Origin: an uncultured Alphaproteobacteria bacterium
GTDB taxonomy: Bacteria; Pseudomonadota; Alphaproteobacteria; RF32; CAG-239
Direction: 5' to 3'
Length of the DNA stretch: 64,000 nucleotides
NCBI GenBank assembly: GCA_944390315.1
Contig: CALXPO010000007.1
Span: forward strand, 6,252 to 70,251
Part shown: one piece after another, positions 36,297 through 43,706 of the stretch
Layout of the letters: each line of letters begins with the position of its first letter
How positions within the stretch are numbered: the first letter of the stretch is position 1
The notes under the pieces: model-generated
Seen by the model: only the letters and a program-made list of their open reading frames with translations
What the model was told of the DNA's origin: nothing
The model's database searches: none
Translations under genes and position numbers: made by a program

Positions 36297-37447
36297 TTAG
36301 TGAAACAAACAAAATTTCTAGCAATATCAGTTTATCAGATAGAAAATGGAAAACATTTAAGATACCATCTCTTTTTAATGTAACAGCAGGTGTTTATTAT
36401 AGTGATTCAGAATATAATGAAGGAAATACTCCTTATGTATCTGCATCCGCTGAAAATAATGGCATAGGTAAGTGGATAGATATAAAAGCTGATTTTGCAG
36501 GAAATATGATTATAACAGGAAAAATTGGTTGTGTAGCTTTTTATCAAAAAGATCCGTTTTGTGCTACTAGTGATGTTAATGTTCTTATTCCTAAATTCAA
36601 TATGAATGAATCCGTAGGTATTTTTATTGTGCGGATGATTAATTCTAACAATTTTAAGTGGGATTATAATAGACAATGTCGACAAGGAGACATGAAACGC
36701 ATGTCTATACAGCTTCCTATTAATTCTAGTGGAGAACCAGATTATCAATTTATGGAAGATTATATTAATTATATTAAAAATCAAGCAGATATCACTGATT
36801 TGATAGAGATTGCAGGCGATGAATCTCCAGAGAAACTTAGATGGTTAAATAATAATATTGATATTGCTGATTTTAAAAAATTTTTAAAAAGCTCTAATGA
36901 TATGAAAATCCAAAACTCGACTATTCATAAAAATAATAATTTATCCAACTTATCCAATAAAAAATGGAAAGAATTTAGATTAGCTAACTTATTTAATTGC
37001 AGGATGGGAAATGGTATTGACGCTTCAAAAGTTACAGTTTCGGATACCTCACAAATAAATTATGTATCCCGTAGCAGTAATAATAATGGAATAATAATGA
37101 AAGTTGATAAAATTGATTCTTATGAACCATACGAAGCAGGAAAATTAACATTAGCATTGGGTGGAGAGTACTTAGGTAGTTGTTTTGTACAACCCGAAGA
37201 ATTTTATACAGCACAAAATGTTGCGGTGCTAGAATGCAATGAAGAAATATCCTTAAAAGCAAAACAATTTATTGCAACAATGGTGCGTAATGAAGCTAAA
37301 ATAAAGTATTTTGCCTTTGGACGAGAATTAAATACCCATTTTAAAACCGATTTTACAATTCCTTTACCTGTGGATTCTAAAGGAAATCCTGACTATCAAT
37401 TCATGGAAGATTATATTAACCAAATCGAGAATAATTTAACACTTTAA
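36293..37447 (+). CDS. Restriction-modification specificity (S) subunit with two target-recognition domains
   Basis: Duplicated architecture with conserved spacers GEPDYQFMEDYINYIKNQ and GNPDYQFMEDYINQIENN, each following a variable TRD-like half. Translationally coupled to the RM gene. Confidence 0.85.
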   Translation: MISETNKISSNISLSDRKWKTFKIPSLFNVTAGVYYSDSEYNEGNTPYVSASAENNGIGKWIDIKADFAGNMIITGKIGCVAFYQKDPFCATSDVNVLIPKFNMNESVGIFIVRMINSNNFKWDYNRQCRQGDMKRMSIQLPINSSGEPDYQFMEDYINYIKNQADITDLIEIAGDESPEKLRWLNNNIDIADFKKFLKSSNDMKIQNSTIHKNNNLSNLSNKKWKEFRLANLFNCRMGNGIDASKVTVSDTSQINYVSRSSNNNGIIMKVDKIDSYEPYEAGKLTLALGGEYLGSCFVQPEEFYTAQNVAVLECNEEISLKAKQFIATMVRNEAKIKYFAFGRELNTHFKTDFTIPLPVDSKGNPDYQFMEDYINQIENNLTL

Positions 37448-37501
37448 GACTAGGCTCCATGCGATAAGGCATAGAGCCAGAAAAAAACGAATCGATAGGT
37501 T

Positions 37502-38560
37502 TTACCCCTTCAAAATGTAGTATGTGCCTTTGGTGGAGCCTTGTTTTTCAAGCAAGTCCTTTTTAACCAGATTTTGTACCGTTTTTTTGACGGTTTCGCT
37601 GTTTTTGCTTAACGTTTCCGCCATTTCTGCCACCGACCAATTTGTTTTTTCTTCAAATAGGTCTAAAACAGCTTGCTCGCCCTTAGTAATTCGGGTTGAG
37701 TCTGCTTTTATGGCAAAAGCAATTTTATCCTCTAAGTGCCGTTTCTGCTTAGCAAGCGAGGTAATAAAAAATGTCAGCCACGGCTCATAATTTACCTTAT
37801 CGCTCCATATTGTCTTTTGCGTAGCGCGCAAAGCTCTGTAATAGGCGTCTTTGCTTGCCTCAATAATTGATTCAAGCGATGAATAAGGCATATAATTATA
37901 GCCATGTTGTAGCATAAGCAAGGTCGTTAATGCACGTGACATTCTACCGTTGCCGTCTGTAAAAGGGTGTATAGATAGAAAATGCACAACAAACACGCCA
38001 ATAGTGATAATCGGGTGGAAATAGCCGTCGTTAAAGTTTACATTCGTCCAATTAACAAGCTCTTGCATTAAACGCGGTGTGTCAAACGGCGTGGCTGTTT
38101 CAAAAATCGTGCCAATCTCTTTGCCATTAGCATCAAATGCTGCCACGCGATTTGAATCTTTTTTATATTCGCCGCGATGATGCTCGTCTTTGTCAGAATA
38201 TGAAAGCAAAATTTTATGCAACTGCCGAATGTAGTTTTCTGATAAATTTATTTCTTTGTAATTTTCAAAAATCGTTGAGACTAAATCGGCATAACCGGCG
38301 ACTTCTTGCTCATCGCGCGTTTGAAAAGATTTTTTGCTGATGCGGTTAAAAACTGCTTCAACCTCTGTATCGTTTAGCTTATTTCCTTCAATACGATTAG
38401 AAGAGCCGATAGATTCAATCGTAGCAATGCGTTTCATGGCTTTTAATTGCTCCGGCTTAACCTTAATACCGCCGCTGTTAAACGCGCCGTTAAACGTGTC
38501 AATTTCTGCTATTTTCTTGAGCATATCGGGGGTAATTGTAATATCTGTCATATTGGGCAT
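37502..38560 (-). CDS. Fic family protein (class II, N-terminal inhibitory motif) with C-terminal winged-helix domain
   Basis: The Fic active-site motif HPFTDGNGRMSRAL, the N-terminal SNRIEG matching (S/T)xxxE(G/N), and a C-terminal wHTH-like VKKTVQNLVKKDLLEKQGSTKGTYY. Confidence 0.9.
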   Translation of the reverse strand: MPNMTDITITPDMLKKIAEIDTFNGAFNSGGIKVKPEQLKAMKRIATIESIGSSNRIEGNKLNDTEVEAVFNRISKKSFQTRDEQEVAGYADLVSTIFENYKEINLSENYIRQLHKILLSYSDKDEHHRGEYKKDSNRVAAFDANGKEIGTIFETATPFDTPRLMQELVNWTNVNFNDGYFHPIITIGVFVVHFLSIHPFTDGNGRMSRALTTLLMLQHGYNYMPYSSLESIIEASKDAYYRALRATQKTIWSDKVNYEPWLTFFITSLAKQKRHLEDKIAFAIKADSTRITKGEQAVLDLFEEKTNWSVAEMAETLSKNSETVKKTVQNLVKKDLLEKQGSTKGTYYILKG

Positions 38561-38584
38561 TTTTATATCCTTTTACTGTAATAT

Positions 38585-38635
38585 TTACCGAAATATTACC
38601 GAATAATTCCCGAAAAGTCAATAAAAATTACCGAA
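38585..38635 (-). promoter_or_regulatory. Phased TTACCGAA direct repeats upstream of fic (candidate operator array)
   Basis: TTACCGAA at 38585, 38596 and 38628, and TTCCCGAA at 38607, giving spacings of 11, 11 and 21 bp. They lie 25-75 nt upstream of the fic ATG, together with a GTCAATA/TATTGAC inverted repeat. Confidence 0.45.
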
Positions 38636-38653
38636 TATTGACATTTTTTTCAT

Positions 38654-38686
38654 AAAAAAGGCTTCATGCCTTAGGTCATGAAGCCG
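38654..38686 (-). terminator. Terminator after the 113-aa ORF
   Basis: On the minus-strand RNA, GGCUUCAUG-ACCUAAGG-CAUGAAGCC is followed by UUUUUU. Confidence 0.75.
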
Positions 38687-38748
38687 ACATAATAATAACA
38701 CCAGTGTTAAGTTAACTTAATATGTGGTTATCATTTTTAGCCTCGCTA

Positions 38749-39090
38749 TTATACAGATACAATGGCATCGTCAATAATAACGGAGTTAATATACTCTTCT
38801 ACCGGTTTGCCTGTCTTTTTCGATTTTTTAGTTCCGTATGGGATATGAAAACCTATGAATCTTTCAGGGAAAATCGTTAAAAATTTTTTGAGCTCCATTT
38901 TTAAATAGCCGGTGCGGCAACTACCGAAAATGTAAAATTTTTTATTTATATTTTCAAAAATAAGCCAACTAGCAGCTTCTTCGTTATCACGTATTTTGCA
39001 AAAAGCTACCTGGGTAAAGAGGTTGGCATAATTCTTTAACGCAAAGTTATATGCTCTTTTGTCGCAGCATAAGTAATATGTTTCTCTCAT
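38749..39090 (-). CDS. Hypothetical protein (113 aa)
   Basis: ORF with its own terminator, divergent from the tyrosine recombinase gene. No motif recognised. Confidence 0.5.
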   Translation of the reverse strand: MRETYYLCCDKRAYNFALKNYANLFTQVAFCKIRDNEEAASWLIFENINKKFYIFGSCRTGYLKMELKKFLTIFPERFIGFHIPYGTKKSKKTGKPVEEYINSVIIDDAIVSV

Positions 39091-39227
39091 TTTTTAACCT
39101 CGTAAAAAATTAAGCTGACTTTCCTTACATATAAAATTATTAAAAGGCGTCCTAAAAACTCGACTCATTATAGAATTTATATTTTATAATAAGTCTTGAT
39201 TTTTCAATGGGTTGTAGAAAACAGAAC

Positions 39228-39268
39228 TTGATCTATTTTACAAACTCATTATAATTTGTTTGTAAAAT
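39228..39268 (+). promoter_or_regulatory. Sigma70-like promoter overlapped by a perfect 11-bp inverted repeat
   Basis: TTGATC (39228-39233), a 16-nt spacer and TATAAT (39250-39255). ATTTTACAAAC (39235-39245) and GTTTGTAAAAT (39258-39268) flank the -10 element. Confidence 0.4.
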
Positions 39269-39298
39269 CAGATATTTATAATAAGTTTGGAGGTCAAA

Positions 39299-39898
39299 AT
39301 GTCGATAGGTAAGCAAGCAAAGGTCTTAACCGATAAACAGCAAAATTTAACAATGACGCACTTGGCAAATACGCGCTATCCGCTACGCAATAAAATTATA
39401 TTTTTGCTTAGCTTCAAAGAGGGCTTGCGCGCTAAAGAAATATCAAAACTTGCTTGGGGTATGGTGTGCAACTCCGACGGCAAAATTGCAGATGTCATCA
39501 ATTTAAGCAACAATGCAAGCAAAGGTAAATATTCGGGGCGCATTATACCAATGCATAAAGAGCTTAAAATTTTGCTTGCAGAGATGCTGGCAGAAAAGCA
39601 AAACGACGAATATTTCAGTTTGGACAAGCCTGTTATTGCGACCGAGCGAGGGGAGCATACGACACCGCAAGTTATCGTAAACTTCTTCTACAATTTATAT
39701 AAGACAATCGGCTTTAACGGCTGCTCGTCGCATAGCGGTCGGCGCACATTTATTACAAACGCGGCAAAACATATAAGTTTGGTCGGTGGCACACTTAATG
39801 ACGTACGTATGCTTGCCGGTCATTCATCGCTTGCAACTACCCAACGCTACATTGCTTACGACACCGAGGCACAACGAAAAATTGTTGAGATGAGTTAA
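39299..39898 (+). CDS. Tyrosine recombinase, catalytic domain only (~199 aa)
   Basis: Catalytic signature: GLRAKEI (Arg I), HSGRRTF (HxxR), LAGHSSLATTQRYI (His/Tyr). GGAGG RBS lies before ATG 39299. Only about 40 aa precede the first catalytic Arg. Confidence 0.85.
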   Translation: MSIGKQAKVLTDKQQNLTMTHLANTRYPLRNKIIFLLSFKEGLRAKEISKLAWGMVCNSDGKIADVINLSNNASKGKYSGRIIPMHKELKILLAEMLAEKQNDEYFSLDKPVIATERGEHTTPQVIVNFFYNLYKTIGFNGCSSHSGRRTFITNAAKHISLVGGTLNDVRMLAGHSSLATTQRYIAYDTEAQRKIVEMS

Positions 39899-39904
39899 AC
39901 GTAA

Positions 39905-41812
39905 CTATATAACTTCTAGAAATGATGCTTGTTCATCAGCGAGAAATGTAGCAGAACCTTTAACTTTATCATATAATTTAAACAAACGTGCTTTTGCTCT
40001 ACTTATAACAACACTATATGTCATTGGTCTTATAACTAAGGAGCCATTATCTTCTGTTTTTTCCCCTTCTTCACCAATAGCAATAGTTTTCCCTAAAACG
40101 TATGCTACTGTTTTTTGGGTATTTGAATTGATCAACCCTTTATTTTTCAACTCTTTATAATATTTCCAGGGTTGATTCTTCTCATCTGTATTAATTGGTA
40201 CTGTCGGTTTTTTTAATTCTATAATAACCAACCTTTCAATACCATTTTCTTCATTATTTTCATCATAGGAAGGTCGTGAATAAAAATTACTGCAATTTCC
40301 ATCAGGCAAAACGACAAAATCTGGTCTATTTTTAGATACACCATCTACTTCTGAACATTTCATAAACTTCTTTATAACTGTTGCTATTGCTTGGTTAGAT
40401 GTATATTCTATTGATTCAAATTCAGGACCAAAAATCCATAACCCTCTATCAAACAATGGTTGCAGTTCATGTACTTCATCCGTATCATCCCTATTAATTT
40501 TTCTTTCTAATTCATTTATTAATTTAATTCTAAATTCAAGCTCATCTAAAACAAGTTTAGTGGCTTCTATTCCCCATTTTTCAAGTATTTTGGAAAGGTT
40601 GTCATAATCAGCAGAAGACATTTGTGACAGCAATTCAACTAATTTATATTTCGACTCAGATTTTTCCATTTTCAATAAAACATCAGAAACTTTTTCCAAA
40701 TGCTTTTCTGACAAGGAAGGACATTGAGTTATAATTTCATGTAATGTTTTCTTCCATTTATACGCATTAACAGTTCCTATTTGTGAAAGCGTATTTCTTC
40801 TTTCGGAAGCTAAATTATCAACAGTTTCTTTTGCTAAGGCTATACTTTTTCTATTAATATAATTTGATATTTCCTCATTAACTAACTCTTGTAAGTCCTT
40901 AATACTGTCTTGTACAAAACCAGACCAATCAGGAAGCACAAAATTTCTTAAATCATTATCTCTGTCTTCTGTCGTTGCTTTAACAATAAAACCTAAAGAT
41001 TTGGCTTCCTTAGTTCTCTTATCTATATCTAAATCTCCATTCCAAGAAAACTCCCCAACTAAACGTCCGTTTACCTGCCAAGCAATGCCATGTAATTTGG
41101 ATGTAGCATCTGATTGTCCCGTTTTAATAACAAGTATCTCAATATTCTCTTTTTCAATATTTATTGTGTCAACTTTATTTTGCTTTATATCTCTAAAAGA
41201 AACTTTATGGTTGTTTACATAAACCTCAAATGTTGGATCAAATAAAAATCTCGTTCCAAGCTCATCAATAATATTTTTTTCTGGTATTTCTATATTTTGT
41301 GATTTTTCCACAAAAATACCCGTTCCTTGATTTTGGATAATATTTTTTGTTTCTATTTTAGTCACATTAATAGGTATATCCTTAAATGACTTTATTACTT
41401 TATATCTATTAGATTTATCGTTATCCTTGGTTTTCGTTTCAACTTGATAAGAGAAGTTGAAACAAAAGGCAGCGTGTCTTCCTCTTCCATTCTTTCCAAA
41501 TACCCTTCTTTTGTGTACTTCTCCGTTATATATGACTTCTACAAAAAATCCTTGCTTTTTAGAGCGATCATAAGAGTATGTTAACCACCTTTCTTGAAAT
41601 TCCTTATCAGACATGCCATACCCATTATCAGTAATACTAAAATGTGGGTCATCCATAGAAGGCCATATTATATCAACTCTCGTTGCCCCAGCATCCCATG
41701 CATTAGCTACTAATTCAACAATAGCGGTCACAGGATCTTTCAAAATTTTATTTCCAACAACATCCGTTAAAAATCTATCAGTTTCATAAGCAAATGACAA
41801 TTGTTCATTCAT
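39905..41812 (-). CDS. GHKL (HATPase_c/MORC-like) ATPase fused to a C-terminal PD-(D/E)xK (DUF4263/Shedu-like) nuclease domain
   Basis: N-box IVELVANAWDAG (aa 31-42), G1 box ITDNGYGM (aa 60-67) and GKNGRGRHA (aa 106-114). The C-terminus reads LWIFGPEFE...NRPDFVVLPDG...RLVIIELKKP...QPWKYY (aa 458-552). Confidence 0.75.
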   Translation of the reverse strand: MNEQLSFAYETDRFLTDVVGNKILKDPVTAIVELVANAWDAGATRVDIIWPSMDDPHFSITDNGYGMSDKEFQERWLTYSYDRSKKQGFFVEVIYNGEVHKRRVFGKNGRGRHAAFCFNFSYQVETKTKDNDKSNRYKVIKSFKDIPINVTKIETKNIIQNQGTGIFVEKSQNIEIPEKNIIDELGTRFLFDPTFEVYVNNHKVSFRDIKQNKVDTINIEKENIEILVIKTGQSDATSKLHGIAWQVNGRLVGEFSWNGDLDIDKRTKEAKSLGFIVKATTEDRDNDLRNFVLPDWSGFVQDSIKDLQELVNEEISNYINRKSIALAKETVDNLASERRNTLSQIGTVNAYKWKKTLHEIITQCPSLSEKHLEKVSDVLLKMEKSESKYKLVELLSQMSSADYDNLSKILEKWGIEATKLVLDELEFRIKLINELERKINRDDTDEVHELQPLFDRGLWIFGPEFESIEYTSNQAIATVIKKFMKCSEVDGVSKNRPDFVVLPDGNCSNFYSRPSYDENNEENGIERLVIIELKKPTVPINTDEKNQPWKYYKELKNKGLINSNTQKTVAYVLGKTIAIGEEGEKTEDNGSLVIRPMTYSVVISRAKARLFKLYDKVKGSATFLADEQASFLEVI

Positions 41813-42032
41813 TATAGAGCTCTTTCATAACATATAACTAGTTGCACTTTATAACATTCCGAAAATATATCAATGTTTTTTTATGGCATTTTCAACTTGT
41901 TTATTTTATAATTTTTTACATTTACTTCATAGAAACATGTCAAAAATATCTCTTCAATTCAACAAAAGCAGATGCTATCGCATCAAGATCATCGTCTGTA
42001 AAGGTTCTAATGACACTATGTTGGTGCTGCCA

Positions 42033-42066
42033 ATAAAAAAAACCGCTCAAAAGAGCGGTTTTTTTA
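42033..42066. terminator. Bidirectional hairpin terminator
   Basis: AACCGCTC-AAAA-GAGCGGTT gives an 8-bp perfect stem flanked by an A-run and a T-run. Confidence 0.7.
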
Positions 42067-42144
42067 TTGCATTCTTTGAAAGGTACTTAAACTCACGGCA
42101 AAATAAATTCATCTTTCAACAAAAAAGCCGAGAGTTGGCTGGAA

Positions 42145-42327
42145 TCAGATAAAAATTGCAACTACCATAGTAAAGGCAACTAAAGATAAAAAGATAAACA
42201 ATAAGGATACGATAAATTTTTTAAACTGTTCCCAATTTTTGGGAAGAATATCTGTAATGACAATTCGGTTATAATCCATATTATCTATGGCCTCACATAT
42301 TTTTTCTATTTGTTTTAATATATTCAT
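42145..42327 (-). CDS. Small membrane protein (60 aa)
   Basis: AAGGA RBS lies 5 nt before the ATG. C-terminal TM segment LLFIFLSLVAFTMVVAIFI. Confidence 0.4.
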   Translation of the reverse strand: MNILKQIEKICEAIDNMDYNRIVITDILPKNWEQFKKFIVSLLFIFLSLVAFTMVVAIFI

Positions 42328-42667
42328 TTCATTCCTTATCTAGCTTTAATTATATAATTTTGCATAATTTACTGACCTATATTAAGGAGTATATAATAGT
42401 ACGGCTGGGAGATGTCAAATTATATATAACAAATAGCTTGCAACAAACGAGAAACCTAAGAATGTGCCATATTAATAAAGTTCAATAGTAAAACAAATAA
42501 TTAGAAATATCAAAAAACAATCATGCACTTTTTATTCCTGAAAATTAACCTTATATTTCAAAAAAATAAGGCATTCACAACTTTTAATTAAACTCAATCA
42601 AAATTGATTGCTCCTTAATCGGTATTATTGTAATATCATTTCATCATCGATTTTACGAGTGTTTGAA

Positions 42668-43093
42668 ATGCCATATAATCAAGTAACGACCATTGACGAT
42701 AAAGAAATTTGGCTGACTGCCGAAGAAAAAAAACAGGTTGATAATTTTCACAAAAGCCGCATAGCTTTTGCCTTTTTAAGTGACGGCAGATGCGCTCTTA
42801 ACATTCATGATGTCAGGGAACATAAAATTTATCTTCAAGAAGATTTTGGTGTATCATTTGCAGAATTTGAAAATTTAATCAGAGGTTTTATCATTCGCGG
42901 AAGAATTGTCTTTTACAAAAGCTCGGCATTTCTTCCCATTGAAAATATATCCCCACAACATTTTGCCGTTGTCTATGAGAAAGCCGTTGAATTTTTTGGC
43001 AAGGGTGAATACGAAGTTTGGAACGGATTAAAAGTCGGTAAATTAGGAGAGCAATGGCAACCCATACAAAAAATGAAGAATGTTTTTCTTTAA
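42668..43093 (+). CDS. Hypothetical protein (~141 aa)
   Basis: ORF 42608..43093, with ATG 42668 (MPYNQV) the more plausible start. No motif recognised. Confidence 0.5.
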   Translation: MPYNQVTTIDDKEIWLTAEEKKQVDNFHKSRIAFAFLSDGRCALNIHDVREHKIYLQEDFGVSFAEFENLIRGFIIRGRIVFYKSSAFLPIENISPQHFAVVYEKAVEFFGKGEYEVWNGLKVGKLGEQWQPIQKMKNVFL

Positions 43094-43231
43094 AAATAAT
43101 CTATGAAAAACAAAATACGTCGGAAATAAAAACATAAGCGAAACAACTTCAAAAGAAATTTTAATTTGAAGTGTCTTTTAAACTTTGAAGCCCTACACAA
43201 TGATAAATGAACAAATATTGGAGAAAAAAGA

Positions 43232-43672
43232 ATGAGAAAAGCCTTATTAATAATTGATGTACAAAAATCTGCGGTTTCCAAACCGGAACTTGTTCAAGAC
43301 ATTGAAAAATTGCAAAATAAATATGAGACGGTTTTTATATCAAAATTTACCAACAAAAATTCTCCGCTATTGCCACTCTTGAATTGGCAGGGCTACAATG
43401 ACGAAAATCTTGCCTTCACACCCCAAAAAGATGCAATAATCTTCAATAAAACAGGTTATTCTTCATATTTGCAGGAAATGAAAAATTTTGATGAAATTGA
43501 TATTTGCGGATTTGATACGGATGCCTGCGTTTACAAAACTGCCATGGATTTAATCGAACAGGGTATTCGTCCGATTATATTAAAAAACTATTGTTTCAGC
43601 GCAAATCAAGAATTTCACTCAGCCGGACTGAAATTGATAGAAAGAAATATCGGAAAACACAATATCCGGTAA
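43232..43672 (+). CDS. Isochorismatase-family cysteine hydrolase (short, 146 aa)
   Basis: KALLIIDVQ at the N-terminus and ICGFDTDACVYKTAMDLIEQG containing the catalytic Cys motif. Confidence 0.7.
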   Translation: MRKALLIIDVQKSAVSKPELVQDIEKLQNKYETVFISKFTNKNSPLLPLLNWQGYNDENLAFTPQKDAIIFNKTGYSSYLQEMKNFDEIDICGFDTDACVYKTAMDLIEQGIRPIILKNYCFSANQEFHSAGLKLIERNIGKHNIR

Positions 43673-43706
43673 TTAAAATTTCATTCCGGACAAACTTGTT
43701 TTTATT

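Larger units (their letters stand above)
28344..42032. mobile_element. Integrative genomic island at the tRNA-Trp 3' end (serine recombinase + Rep-like + defence cargo), ~13.7 kb; right boundary tentative
   Basis: The recombinase gene abuts the tRNA. Cargo is RM, Fic, a GHKL-nuclease, DUF3768 and a second recombinase. Sampled lines are visibly more AT-rich than core genes. A CTGCCAA...AAACCG-hairpin-CGGTTTT.TTATTG module occurs at both 28345-28400 and 42026-42069. Confidence 0.5.

Noticed and set aside
37451-37480. The hairpin GGCTCCATGC-GATAAG-GCATAGAGCC between the S gene and fic, considered as a terminator.
   Set aside because: On the plus strand it is followed by an A-run, not a T-run. 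On the minus strand the U-run precedes the stem. It therefore fits neither orientation of a canonical intrinsic terminator.
36293-39300. A phase-variable hsdS shufflon driven by the adjacent tyrosine recombinase.
   Set aside because: Only one S gene is present. I found no silent hsdS fragments or inverted copies of the PDYQFMEDYIN-encoding repeat in opposite orientation. The two intragenic repeats are direct, as in ordinary S subunits.
41842-42152. Small plus-strand ORFs (64 and 89 aa) upstream of the GHKL-nuclease gene.
   Set aside because: They are AT-rich and hydrophobic or low-complexity translations without an RBS. They span the promoter region and the bidirectional terminator, so they are most likely non-coding.
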